Positions 9,268 through 18,306 of a DNA stretch of 62,932 nucleotides are shown piece after piece. The notes beneath the pieces are model-generated. The model did not search any database, had not been told where the DNA came from, and saw only the letters and a program-made list of their open reading frames with translations. How positions within the stretch are numbered: position 1 is the first letter of the stretch; every line of letters starts with the position of its first letter. Both the position numbers and the translations under genes were made by a program. Origin of the DNA: an uncultured Gammaproteobacteria bacterium. GTDB lineage: Bacteria; Patescibacteriota; Microgenomatia; UBA12405. The DNA is taken from NCBI GenBank assembly GCA_964503465.1, contig CAZCYZ010000003.1, forward strand, positions 1-62,932. The letters run 5' to 3'.

Positions 9268-11844
9268 TTAACTGCATTTACTATATCCACAATAATTATT
9301 ACTACACTTAAAACATCCCTCCTCGGCATACAACGGACTACCACAGTCAGGACAACTGGAGAATTTACTTTCCTCTTCCGCCTGTCTAGTTCTAATCTCC
9401 GTCAAAAAATTTACCTGCTTTGCCGGCTCTTCCACTGGTACTGTTGTCGATACTGCCGGCACTTCCAGTTTTATTTTTTCCTCCTCAAACAAATTCAGCT
9501 GCTCCCCTTTAGAAATCTCCAACAACGATTTTCCCACTGCATCAAACATGCTCAACACCGCTCCTACCCCCAACCCCACCCTTTGCCCGCAAGATATCCC
9601 CACCAACTCTTCAGCAATTTCCTCCAAATTGGCTCCGTATTTAAGCGCCAAGGACGCCAGTCTTCCGGTTACTTCGGCCGATCCTGCCAAATAGCCCCCA
9701 GACTTTCCCAAAGTTACAAACACCTCCACTGGTCCATTTCCCTGCTCAAAAAATACCGAAGTGTACACCTTACCTACATCACAGGCTTTCCGCAATCTCA
9801 CCCCCCTGGCCGCTTCAGGCGTCTTCTTTTTAACTGACTTTACAATTTCATCTCTAATAATTTCTGCTTTTCCATTTCCTTTCGATACTTGCATCACTTC
9901 CTTTTCCCGACTACCACTTCGATAAATCGTAATCCCCTTTGTTCCCAAACTATACGCCAATCTATATGCCATTCGCACCTCATCCACCGTTGCTGCTTTG
10001 GGAAAATTAATCGTTTTGCTTACCGCATTATCAATGTACTTTTGAAACGCTGCCTGAATTCTAATATGCCATTCCGGAACAATCTCCAACGCCGTTCGAT
10101 AGATATTCTTTATATCATCCGGTAATTCCTCGATCCCCTCAAGCTTCCCTCCATTTTTGATTATTTTCTCCACCAACACCTGGTTGTAGAGATCGCGTCT
10201 TTTTAATTCCTCCACAAAAATTGGATTCAATACCTCCAACTTTTTCCCCTCAACTGTATTTTTTTGATAACCCAACGAAAACACCGGCTCAATTCCAGAC
10301 GATGTATCGGCAATCATGCTAATCGTTCCGGTCGGGGCAATGGTCGTTAATGCCATATTCCTTGGTCTATAGGCCGTTTTCCCATAAACACTCTCCTCCC
10401 AGGCAGGAAACACTCCCCTGTCCCTCCCCAATTCCACTGTCGCCTCTTTCGCTTTATCAGCTACAAACTTCATCACCTTTTCCGCCCACTCCACTCCCTC
10501 TTCCGAATCATACCGTACCCCAAGCTTAAACAACATATCCGCAAAACCCATTACCCCCAAGCCAATCCTTCGAGTCTTACTCACCATCTCGGCAATTTTT
10601 TCAATCGGAAATTCATTAATTTCTACAATGTTGTCCAAAAAATGCACCGCCTCTTTGACCACCCCTTCCAGCTCGTTCCAGTCTAAATCCCTTTCCCCCT
10701 TGGGGCCTTCCCCTTTGACAAAAGGGGAACTCTTTTTGTCTCCCCTCCTTTCCTCAAAGGAGGAGCTGGGGGTAGATTTTACAAACTTTGCCAAATTAAC
10801 ACTCCCCAAATTACAGGCATCATAAGGCAACAACGGCTGTTCACCACAAGGATTAGTTGCCTCAATCCTCCCCAAACTCGGCACTGGATTACTTGTCGAC
10901 TCGTTCATTCTGTCAATAAACACCAACCCCGGATCACCATACTGCCATGCCAATCGAGTAACCAAATTAAATACTTTATAAGCGTTCAGCCTCCCCGTCA
11001 CTTCTCCTGTTCTTGGATTCACCAACCCATACCCCTCCCCCTCTTTGGTCGCCGCCGCCCAATCATAAAGTTTTTCCACCAATCCCTCTATTTCCCTCAA
11101 TCTAGCGTCAACGTCACGACTAGTCTGAGCTATTCTAATTCTTTCTATTATTTCTTCTGGTATCTCGTCGTCATCACAGAATTTTTTATCCTTTTCTGCT
11201 ACCGTCATAAAATCATTAGTTACTGCCAAAGAAATATTAAAATTTGTCAAGGAAAACTCATCTAATTTCGCTACCGCAAAACGCAACACGTCTGGATGAT
11301 CTATCGCCAGCATCCCCATATTCGCCCCACGCCGTACTCCACCTTGTTTTATCTGCGACGTCACATCGTTGTAGGCCTGCATAAAACTCACCGGACCAAC
11401 CGTTGTTCCCCCCGACGAGGCAATATAATCCCCACTCGGTCGCAGCCTCGAAAAAGAAAATCCTGTTCCCCCACCACTTTTGTGAATCATCGCCATGTCC
11501 TTCATTGTTTGCAATATCGACTCCATTGAATCTTCAATTGGCAACACAAAACAAGCCGACAATTGTTGTCGTCTCTTGCCTGCATTCACCAAACAAGGGG
11601 TGTTTGGGAAAAACTGTTGTCCCGCCATCATCTCGTAGAACACCTTTGCTTGTTTTTCCACCTCTTCTTCACTTCTTTCAAAATTTTTGTCTCCGTTAGC
11701 CACGTTAATTGCCACCCGCCAAAAAATATCTTTCACTTTTTCAACCGGTTTACCATCTTCTCCCTTCATCGAATACCGACTCTCGGCAATGTATTTTGCA
11801 TTCTCCGACATTACCGGCTCCGTTAGTTGACTCTTATCGACCAT
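9268..11844 (-). CDS. nrdJ: adenosylcobalamin-dependent (class II) ribonucleotide reductase
   Basis: 858 aa. Active-site region NPCGEQPLLPYDACNLGSVNL and a C-terminal Cys-rich tail CPDCG...CFKCSNNYCGYSKCS. Overlaps nrdR by 11 nt. Confidence 0.92.
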   Translation of the reverse strand: MVDKSQLTEPVMSENAKYIAESRYSMKGEDGKPVEKVKDIFWRVAINVANGDKNFERSEEEVEKQAKVFYEMMAGQQFFPNTPCLVNAGKRRQQLSACFVLPIEDSMESILQTMKDMAMIHKSGGGTGFSFSRLRPSGDYIASSGGTTVGPVSFMQAYNDVTSQIKQGGVRRGANMGMLAIDHPDVLRFAVAKLDEFSLTNFNISLAVTNDFMTVAEKDKKFCDDDEIPEEIIERIRIAQTSRDVDARLREIEGLVEKLYDWAAATKEGEGYGLVNPRTGEVTGRLNAYKVFNLVTRLAWQYGDPGLVFIDRMNESTSNPVPSLGRIEATNPCGEQPLLPYDACNLGSVNLAKFVKSTPSSSFEERRGDKKSSPFVKGEGPKGERDLDWNELEGVVKEAVHFLDNIVEINEFPIEKIAEMVSKTRRIGLGVMGFADMLFKLGVRYDSEEGVEWAEKVMKFVADKAKEATVELGRDRGVFPAWEESVYGKTAYRPRNMALTTIAPTGTISMIADTSSGIEPVFSLGYQKNTVEGKKLEVLNPIFVEELKRRDLYNQVLVEKIIKNGGKLEGIEELPDDIKNIYRTALEIVPEWHIRIQAAFQKYIDNAVSKTINFPKAATVDEVRMAYRLAYSLGTKGITIYRSGSREKEVMQVSKGNGKAEIIRDEIVKSVKKKTPEAARGVRLRKACDVGKVYTSVFFEQGNGPVEVFVTLGKSGGYLAGSAEVTGRLASLALKYGANLEEIAEELVGISCGQRVGLGVGAVLSMFDAVGKSLLEISKGEQLNLFEEEKIKLEVPAVSTTVPVEEPAKQVNFLTEIRTRQAEEESKFSSCPDCGSPLYAEEGCFKCSNNYCGYSKCS
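10690..10770. repeat. family-A palindromic repeat copy inside the nrdJ coding sequence
   Basis: CCCC-CTT-GGGG, TTCCCCTTT-GAC-AAAAGGGGAA (10708-10729) and CTCCTT-tcctca-AAGGAG. Read in frame on the minus strand as ...KSTPSSSFEERRGDKKSSPFVKGEGPKGER... Confidence 0.65.
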
Positions 11845-12289
11845 TCTTTTTTCGAAAATCTTTAATCATTTCCTCAAATTCAGTTACACTTTTCACCTGA
11901 TTGTAGATTGTCGCAAACCGAATATATGCCACCGGATCAATATCTTTAAGTTTTTCCATCACCATTTTTCCAATTTCTTTTGATGGAATTTCGACACTCT
12001 CCCAGTTTAAGAGTTTCATTTCAATCTCATCGATCAACTTTGCCCTTTCCTCTTCCGACAATTTCCAACAGGCTTTCTCAAAGCATCTTTCAAGCTTTGC
12101 CCGGCTATAATCCTCCATTCTTCCATCTCGTTTGACTACCTTCAGCTCAATACTCCCTACCTCTTCATAGGTTGTAAATCTTTTTTGACATTTCAAACAT
12201 TCTCGTCGCCTTCGAGTCGCCTTGCCATCCCTGGCATCGCGCGATTCCAATACGTTTGATTCATCAAAATTGCAGTAAGGACAAAGCAT
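11834..12289 (-). CDS. nrdR: transcriptional repressor NrdR
   Basis: 151 aa. N-terminal zinc ribbon CPYC...CLKC followed by an ATP-cone region. First gene of an nrdR-nrdJ operon. Confidence 0.92.
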   Translation of the reverse strand: MLCPYCNFDESNVLESRDARDGKATRRRRECLKCQKRFTTYEEVGSIELKVVKRDGRMEDYSRAKLERCFEKACWKLSEEERAKLIDEIEMKLLNWESVEIPSKEIGKMVMEKLKDIDPVAYIRFATIYNQVKSVTEFEEMIKDFRKKNGR

Positions 12290-12303
12290 ATTTGTTAGTT
12301 AGC

Positions 12304-12317
12304 CACTATCCATAGTG
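12304..12317. promoter_or_regulatory. candidate NrdR box (operator) upstream of nrdR-nrdJ
   Basis: 14-nt palindrome CACTATCCATAGTG, 15 nt upstream of the nrdR ATG. It fits the palindromic NrdR-box consensus core CACTAT..ATAGTG. A much weaker second site is centred ~31 nt away (~12334-12349). Confidence 0.55.
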
Positions 12318-12443
12318 ACTGTCTTCCATCTTACATACTACCGCCAGTGTTAGTCAACTAGAAGTTAATGGTTCATACTCCCCCAAAACCCCCTCAAAAA
12401 CCCGAATTAGTTTTGAGCAACTTTTTTGTCCACCACCACACGC

Positions 12444-12695
12444 CTATTTATACACTTCTCTCCGATGCATCACCTTCAAAATCTCAATCCTGTTGCCATT
12501 AATATCAAATATTATCCGATAATCCCCAACTCTATACCTATATCTACCAAGTTCGTAATTCACCAAACATCTTGACAGCCTAATCGGATCAGATTCCAAC
12601 AATGGCAATTTCTTAGCTATTCTCTTTTTTATTACCGTGTCCAGCTTCTCAATATGCTTCTTTGCTTCCTCCGTAATCACTAACACATATTTCAC
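12444..12695 (-). CDS. type II toxin, RelE/ParE family
   Basis: 83 aa. The C-terminal YRYRVGDYRIIFDI...ILKVMHRREVY pattern is typical of RelE/ParE. Lies immediately downstream of an antitoxin-like gene. Confidence 0.8.
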   Translation of the reverse strand: MKYVLVITEEAKKHIEKLDTVIKKRIAKKLPLLESDPIRLSRCLVNYELGRYRYRVGDYRIIFDINGNRIEILKVMHRREVYK

Positions 12696-12697
12696 CC

Positions 12698-12952
12698 TTA
12701 TATATTGCCAAAAACTTCCTCCATTGTATACACCTTACCAGCCTTAGCATCCTCCCTGGCCCTCTTAATACTTTCTAAATATTCCTTGTCATGCAAAGAC
12801 AGCAAATCCTCGAGAACTTCGGCGTCAACCATGGCCATCTTAATCTTGCCGCGGTGGGTTACCCACACATAATCTTTGGATGACACTGCTCTGATCACGT
12901 CCGCCAAATTATTCCTTAGTTTGGTACTACTAACAATATTCATACACTCCAA
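12698..12952 (-). CDS. type II antitoxin, Phd/YefM family
   Basis: 84 aa. N-terminal SSTKLRNNLADVIRAV... resembles Phd/YefM. 2-nt gap to the toxin gene. Confidence 0.75.
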   Translation of the reverse strand: MECMNIVSSTKLRNNLADVIRAVSSKDYVWVTHRGKIKMAMVDAEVLEDLLSLHDKEYLESIKRAREDAKAGKVYTMEEVFGNI

Positions 12953-13063
12953 TTGTACATTTCAACTGTAACATTGTCAACCCCTGTTAATCCTCCTCAA
13001 CCCCTACACCTGAAAAGTATTCGCTGTTTTGCTAAAATACGCCAATACCAGTTAACCACAACC

Positions 13064-13267
13064 ATGAGTGAAGCAGGAATTGCATTACAAAAACAAAGAG
13101 GGGCGGAATTAGCCGCACAAGTTCAAAGTGGTGCAAAGAAGCCCACTCAACAAGAAGTTGCATGGGCCACAGAGAAACTCGCTGGCAAACACGGAGGCGT
13201 TGGAATTGGATATAGAGAATACTATAACGCAGTCGTTGCAACCGCCGAGGAAACTAAAAAGAAATAA
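13064..13267 (+). CDS. hypothetical small protein
   Basis: Internal ATG (MSEAGIALQK...) of the 12953..13267 ORF, preceded by a TAAAAT-like -10 element. 67 aa, unrecognised. Occupies the position upstream of secE. Confidence 0.35.
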   Translation: MSEAGIALQKQRGAELAAQVQSGAKKPTQQEVAWATEKLAGKHGGVGIGYREYYNAVVATAEETKKK

Positions 13268-13306
13268 TCCAGGTCTCAATTCCCGATTTAATGCTAAAAT
13301 ACCTCC

Positions 13307-13609
13307 ATGCGCAAAGTTGTTGAATTTTTGAAGGAAGTCAAGGCTGAATTCAAAAACATCACCTGGCCCAAAAAAGACGCTTTAATCGAGCTGACGATTG
13401 TGGTAATATCAATCTCAATCTTTGTCTCCCTAATTTTGGGGGGTTTTGATTATTTATTCACTCAAGGTTTTAGCATTCTGGGTAACCTCAAAAACCCAAT
13501 TCAACTCAATTCGTCAACCGACGGACAAACTATCGACATTCTTCCTCCCGAGGCTTCGGCCACTGCCATTACCGCCGCTCCGGCCACCTCGACCCCAGTT
13601 AAAAAATAA
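13307..13609 (+). CDS. secE: preprotein translocase subunit SecE (with C-terminal extension)
   Basis: N-terminal EFLKEVKAEFKNITWPKK plus a single TM helix. Conserved position directly before nusG. Confidence 0.85.
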   Translation: MRKVVEFLKEVKAEFKNITWPKKDALIELTIVVISISIFVSLILGGFDYLFTQGFSILGNLKNPIQLNSSTDGQTIDILPPEASATAITAAPATSTPVKK

Positions 13610-13611
13610 CC

Positions 13612-14208
13612 ATGCCAAAGACATCCACCCTCACTAACAAACGTGAATTTCAGTTCAAACTTTCCGACAAAGAACCGTCTTTTGACGCTGCCTGGTATGT
13701 TATCAACACCTACTCCGGTCACGAATACAAAGTCATTGATGCCCTCAAAACTCGTATCCGTACCATGAATTTGGAGGACAAAATTTTTGCCGCCATTATC
13801 CCCATCCAGTCAAAAATGACTATCCGTCGCGGCCAAAAAATCAAAACTCAAGAAAAAACTCTTCCGGGTTATGTTTTCATCCAAATGGTCTTAGACGACG
13901 ATGCTTGGGTTACTGTCCGCACCACCCCTGGTGTTACCGGCTTTGTTGGCATCGAAAGTAAGCCCTCCCCCGTCTCCCAGTCCGAAATTAACCAAATTAT
14001 CAAAACCACCGAAGAAGACAAACCAAAATACCAAGCTCCTTTCGGTATTGGTGATGTCGTCAAAATCACCAACGGTGCCTTCGCCGACTTTATCGGCACC
14101 ATTGACAACATTGATCAGGAAAAAGGCAAACTTCGGGTTTTAGTCTCCTTTTTCGAACGCGAAACCCCAGTCGAAGTCGACTTTTTACAAGTTACCAAGG
14201 AACTTTAA
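13612..14208 (+). CDS. nusG: transcription termination/antitermination factor NusG
   Basis: WYVINTYSGHEYKV NGN motif and a C-terminal KOW (GDVVKITNGAFADFIGTI). secE-nusG-rplK synteny. Confidence 0.92.
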   Translation: MPKTSTLTNKREFQFKLSDKEPSFDAAWYVINTYSGHEYKVIDALKTRIRTMNLEDKIFAAIIPIQSKMTIRRGQKIKTQEKTLPGYVFIQMVLDDDAWVTVRTTPGVTGFVGIESKPSPVSQSEINQIIKTTEEDKPKYQAPFGIGDVVKITNGAFADFIGTIDNIDQEKGKLRVLVSFFERETPVEVDFLQVTKEL

Positions 14209-14634
14209 ATGGCCAGAAAAGTCAAAACTATCATCAAATTAGCCATCCAAGCTGGTATGGCCAATCCTGCTCCTCCAGTCGGTACCGCCCTCGGTCCTCA
14301 AGGTATCAAAATCATGGATTTCTGTAACGAATTTAACGAGAAAACCAAAGACCTCAAAGGTTCTCTTATTCCCGCGGTTATTACCATCTACGACGACCGT
14401 TCCTTCAGTTTCATCATCAAAAAACCCCCAGTTTCCAACATGATCAAAAAAATTATTGGTCTTGACAAGGGCGCCGCTACTACCGGCAAAGAAAAAGTTG
14501 GCAAAATTACCATGGCCCAAGTCGAAACCGTTGCCAAGGACAAGTTGGTTGATTTAAATACCACCGATCTTGAAGCCGCCAAACGCATGGTTATTGGTAC
14601 CGCCACCTCCATGGGTGTCGAGGTAGTCGAATAA
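14209..14634 (+). CDS. rplK: 50S ribosomal protein L11
   Basis: 141 aa. IKLAIQAGMANPAPPVGTALGPQGI is characteristic of L11. Confidence 0.97.
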   Translation: MARKVKTIIKLAIQAGMANPAPPVGTALGPQGIKIMDFCNEFNEKTKDLKGSLIPAVITIYDDRSFSFIIKKPPVSNMIKKIIGLDKGAATTGKEKVGKITMAQVETVAKDKLVDLNTTDLEAAKRMVIGTATSMGVEVVE

Positions 14635-14638
14635 CCCT

Positions 14639-14872
14639 ATGAGCCAAACCAGATTCTACGAAATTCCACTTAAAATTCTACAAGAACATCCCCTATTATG
14701 GGTTCAACGCAATCAAGATAACCAACCTAACGCTACATTTTGTGGCGCCCCAGGTATACGTGCCCAACGACCATGCCGCTTAATCAATCCCTCACAAGTC
14801 ACTGCTCTCGCCAACACCGTCCAAAGCGTCGGATCCGCGGCCACCTGTCACGAATGTTGCTCATCTAGTTAA
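14639..14872 (+). CDS. small 4-Cys protein candidate (paralogue of 15625..15843)
   Basis: 77-aa ORF starting 4 nt after the rplK stop. Cys pattern TF-C-x10-C-x23-C-x-E-C mirrors the ORF after rplA. The region is unusually G-rich for the plus strand. Confidence 0.35.
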   Translation: MSQTRFYEIPLKILQEHPLLWVQRNQDNQPNATFCGAPGIRAQRPCRLINPSQVTALANTVQSVGSAATCHECCSSS

Positions 14873-14886
14873 TAATTAAATCCAAA

Positions 14887-15621
14887 ATGCCTAAAAAAAC
14901 CACAAAAATCCAAAAAGAGACCAATGTGGAAGTCATCAAAGACGAAACCAAGGTCATAGAAAAAACCGAGGAAACTCAAAACACCCCGGTCGAAGAAGTT
15001 AAAGAAGAAACTAAAACTGTCAAAGCAGCTAAGATCCGTGGCAAAAAATATCAAGCCGTCAAAAAACTTGTCGATGTCACTAAGTTTTATCCTCTTTCTA
15101 CCGCTGTTGAATTGGTCAAAAAAGTTTCTTTGTCCAAGTTCGAAGGTAAAATTGAAGCTCATCTTACCGTTTACGACATCGGCAATGTCGGCGACATCAC
15201 CTTCCCCCACCTTGAAACCGCCAGCAAAAAAATTGTTATTTTAAACGACACTATTCTCGCCAACATCAAAGATGGCCAAATTGACTTTGATGTCTTAATT
15301 GCTACCCCGGCCACCATGCCCAAACTTTTACCCTTTGCCCGCACCCTCGGACCCAAAGGCTTAATGCCCAACCCCAAAGCTGGTACCCTCACCGACAAAC
15401 CCGAAGAAGCTCTTAAACGACTATCTGTTGCCAAAACAGTTATCAAAACCGAGAAAAAAGCTCCAGTAATTCATATTATCGTCGGTAAAGTCAACCAATC
15501 CGACAAAGAATTAATTGCCAACGTCGAGGAACTAATCAAGGTGGTTAAACCTTCCAAAATCAAAAAGCTGGTTCTTTGTCCCACCATGGGTCCTTCCGTC
15601 AAGGTCGAAGTTGTCAAATAA
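14887..15621 (+). CDS. rplA: 50S ribosomal protein L1 (with ~45-aa Lys/Glu-rich N-terminal extension)
   Basis: 244 aa. The canonical L1 start (RGKKYQAVKKLVDVTKFYPL) begins near residue 50. GPKGLMPNPKAGT motif is present. Confidence 0.95.
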   Translation: MPKKTTKIQKETNVEVIKDETKVIEKTEETQNTPVEEVKEETKTVKAAKIRGKKYQAVKKLVDVTKFYPLSTAVELVKKVSLSKFEGKIEAHLTVYDIGNVGDITFPHLETASKKIVILNDTILANIKDGQIDFDVLIATPATMPKLLPFARTLGPKGLMPNPKAGTLTDKPEEALKRLSVAKTVIKTEKKAPVIHIIVGKVNQSDKELIANVEELIKVVKPSKIKKLVLCPTMGPSVKVEVVK

Positions 15622-15624
15622 ACA

Positions 15625-15843
15625 ATGCCCAAAGATCAGCTACTTCTCGAAGAAGCCGTACCAAGCGGTACCTACACCGGAAATGGTGATCGCATCACCA
15701 CTTTCCGTTGCCAACGTCCCCCATCACCCAAAGAATGTGATTTTCGTCTTGTTGCTCCATCAGACGGACGGCCGCCCTACCTTATCCACACTGACAATCT
15801 TCCAGTACACTCTTGCCAGGAATGCCACCGGCCAAGAATCTAA
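15625..15843 (+). CDS. small 4-Cys protein candidate (paralogue of 14639..14872)
   Basis: 72-aa ORF starting 3 nt after the rplA stop. Cys pattern TFR-C-x9-C-x24-C-x-E-C. Confidence 0.35.
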   Translation: MPKDQLLLEEAVPSGTYTGNGDRITTFRCQRPPSPKECDFRLVAPSDGRPPYLIHTDNLPVHSCQECHRPRI

Positions 15844-15845
15844 AT

Positions 15846-16079
15846 CTAGCCGTTTCCTCTCAATCTAAGCCTGCTCAACCAACCCCTCTTTTCCTGCGCC
15901 ACTGGCTTCTCTACCACCACAACCGGTTGTTCAACCCTAGGCCGTAATTCTCCCATCCCCCTTAGAGCCTCCTCAATACTTTGACCACCCCTCATTCTAC
16001 CCTGCAATTCTTTCAATTGTTCTCCACTTAATCCCGTATTTATCTTCAGCCAAAATTTCTCCGGACTTATCTGTGGCAT
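15846..16079 (-). CDS. hypothetical small protein
   Basis: 77-aa ORF downstream of ddl on the same strand. No motif recognised. Confidence 0.4.
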   Translation of the reverse strand: MPQISPEKFWLKINTGLSGEQLKELQGRMRGGQSIEEALRGMGELRPRVEQPVVVVEKPVAQEKRGWLSRLRLRGNG

Positions 16080-16119
16080 ATTTTCCGATTATAACATACA
16101 CATTCCCCGCACACCCCAG

Positions 16120-17091
16120 TTATTTTTCCAAAGCTAGTTTTATTATTTTATCAAGCAACTTTGAATAATCCATTCCTGCAACTTTAGCTTCTTTCGGCAG
16201 CAATGAATTCACCGTCAACCCTGGCAAGGTGTTAATTTCCAACACCAGAATCTCCTCCCCTCTAATTATCATGTCCACCCGAGCATAGCCCTTGCAACCA
16301 ACTATCCTAAAAACTTTAATCGCCAATTCCTGAACTCTGGCGGCTAATTCATTGTCTATTCTTGCCGGGCAAATCTCTTGACTCATTCCCTTGGTATACT
16401 TTGCCTCATAATCAAAAAAATTGTTTTTCGGTACTATTTCAATCACCGGCAATGCCACTGGACCATTATTCCCCAACACTCCGCATGACACCTCCACCCC
16501 TTTAATATATTCTTCAATCAACACCCGGTCACCATATCTTCTGGCCACACTTACCGCCTTTTCCAACTCATTATCTTTTTTCACCAGACTTACCCCAACA
16601 CTCGACCCCTCACCAACAGGCTTAACTACACACGGTGCTCTGTCAACTATTTTTGCCACCGGCACCCCATTGATTTCCATCAGTTGTCTAAAAACCAACT
16701 TATCCATTCCAATACTCGATGCCAATACCCCAGAACCGGTGTATCTTATCCCCAACCAATCCAGCAATCCCTGCAACCTTCCATCCTCACCGTATCTCCC
16801 ATGCAAAGCGATGAAAACCACATCCATTTCTTTGTTAGGTATTGTTAATTCGTGTCCTTTTCTGGTCATCAATTTACTTTCCTTCACCTCTCTGCCAATA
16901 AACCCCAAAGCTTTTATTTCCTCCATCGATTTTATCTCCCACTTTTTTCCATCCTGACTTATTACCACCGGCAACACTTCATATTGTTCTTTGTCCAAAT
17001 TTTCTACCACTTGCCGTCCCGTCGCCAACGACACTTCCCTTTCCTCGCTCATTCCCCCCATCACCACCATCACTCGCAGTCTTTTTGCCAT
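16120..17091 (-). CDS. ddl: D-alanine--D-alanine ligase
   Basis: ATP-grasp ligase. Start moved to the internal MAKRLRVMVVMGGMSEEREVS, the typical Ddl N-terminus. FDYEAKY omega-loop with conserved Tyr. EINTLPG motif present. Confidence 0.9.
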   Translation of the reverse strand: MAKRLRVMVVMGGMSEEREVSLATGRQVVENLDKEQYEVLPVVISQDGKKWEIKSMEEIKALGFIGREVKESKLMTRKGHELTIPNKEMDVVFIALHGRYGEDGRLQGLLDWLGIRYTGSGVLASSIGMDKLVFRQLMEINGVPVAKIVDRAPCVVKPVGEGSSVGVSLVKKDNELEKAVSVARRYGDRVLIEEYIKGVEVSCGVLGNNGPVALPVIEIVPKNNFFDYEAKYTKGMSQEICPARIDNELAARVQELAIKVFRIVGCKGYARVDMIIRGEEILVLEINTLPGLTVNSLLPKEAKVAGMDYSKLLDKIIKLALEK

Positions 17092-17115
17092 CTTGCCTAT
17101 TGTACAATACCTTAA

Positions 17116-18306
17116 GTGAAACAAATTCTGACTCTTGCCATCCTCTACTACCTCCGCTTCTTTGCCAAAGCCCAAATCTTCAAGCTCAAACTTCTCAATC
17201 CCAAGCTCAAAATTATCGGCGTCACTGGTTCTGCCGGCAAAACCTCAACTATTGCCGCTATCGATGCCGCCCTCACCCCCAATTTCAAAGTTTTTACCAC
17301 TGCCGGCTCGAATTCCGAATCGGGTATCCCTCTAAGTCTTCTAGGTATCACCATTACTGGCTATTCACCTCTCAACTGGCTCAAATACATCGTTCTCACC
17401 CCCATCAAACTTCTGACCTACCATCCTCACTTTGACATCCTGATTGTCGAAATGGGCATCGATGGCCCTCTGCCCCCAAAAAACATGGACTACCTTCTTT
17501 CCATCGTCAAACCCGACGTTGGTATCTTTTTAAACGTTACCCCAGTCCATTTAATGAATTTCACTTCTCTTGACCAAATCGCCCAGGAAAAAGCCAAGTT
17601 AGTCAATTCCGTCCCCGTTGCCATTGCTAACCTTTCTGATCCTCTAGTCAATCAGTATACCCAAAATCCCAGCACCGTTCCTATTAAACCAATCCACATT
17701 AAACTAACAAATTATCTCCTTCCCGACATTTATCAAAACTCTTTTGGCGCCGTCATTGCCATTGCCAAAATTTTTGGCCTCAACCAATCATTAGCAGTCA
17801 ATCATCTACGATCCAACTTTCATCTTCCCCCTGGACGCTCCAGCATCCTTCCTGCCATCAAACAATCTCTTATTATTGACAGTTCCTACAATTCTTCCCC
17901 CCTGGCCACTTCAGAAATGTTAAGCTTTCTGTCAAAATTCAAATCTCCCAAAATTGCCATCCTTGGGGACATGCGCGAACTTGGACCAGCCACCAAAGAT
18001 GAACACCTCAAGCTGTATCAACTAGCCTTAAAATTTGCCGATCAAATTATTTCCATCGGCCCCCAAACCACCAAGTATTTTGGCCCTAAAGCCGTCAAAT
18101 TTACCTACTGGTGGCAGGCCCTCGAATATATCAAAGCCAACCTTCCCCCCAAATCGACCATTCTTGTTAAAGGCTCCCAAAATACCATCTATCTTGAAGA
18201 ACTAGTCAAAGGTCTACTGGCCAAAAAATCCGATACCCGCCAACTTTGCCGTCAATCACCCTACTGGCAAACCATCAAAAACAACTTCCGCCGCTCTATT
18301 CCTTAA
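17116..18306 (+). CDS. murF: Mur ligase family protein, probable UDP-MurNAc-tripeptide--D-Ala-D-Ala ligase (short N-terminus)
   Basis: P-loop IIGVTGSAGKTST and Mur-ligase middle/C-terminal architecture. Divergent from ddl. Lacks most of the usual N-terminal domain. Confidence 0.6.
   Translation: MKQILTLAILYYLRFFAKAQIFKLKLLNPKLKIIGVTGSAGKTSTIAAIDAALTPNFKVFTTAGSNSESGIPLSLLGITITGYSPLNWLKYIVLTPIKLLTYHPHFDILIVEMGIDGPLPPKNMDYLLSIVKPDVGIFLNVTPVHLMNFTSLDQIAQEKAKLVNSVPVAIANLSDPLVNQYTQNPSTVPIKPIHIKLTNYLLPDIYQNSFGAVIAIAKIFGLNQSLAVNHLRSNFHLPPGRSSILPAIKQSLIIDSSYNSSPLATSEMLSFLSKFKSPKIAILGDMRELGPATKDEHLKLYQLALKFADQIISIGPQTTKYFGPKAVKFTYWWQALEYIKANLPPKSTILVKGSQNTIYLEELVKGLLAKKSDTRQLCRQSPYWQTIKNNFRRSIP

Noticed and set aside
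14635-14886. The G-enriched rplK-rplA spacer considered as a known small RNA (5S rRNA, SRP RNA, 6S RNA, L1 leader).
   Set aside because: No conserved 5S or SRP sequence blocks could be found on either strand. A coding explanation (a 4-Cys ORF with a paralogue after rplA) fits better, although an RNA element is not excluded without an Rfam scan.
16421-16957. Long antisense ORFs, including 16421..16957, 53800..54447, 59994..60536, 47472..47909, 48421..48927, 29617..29976, 4662..5042 and 27022..27489.
   Set aside because: Each lies opposite or out of frame to a confidently identified gene (ddl, tagA, leuS, ruvA, rplL, glyA, a dockerin gene). They translate to low-complexity Pro/Ser/Thr/Leu-rich strings. 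They are explained by the stop-codon-poor, C-rich plus strand.
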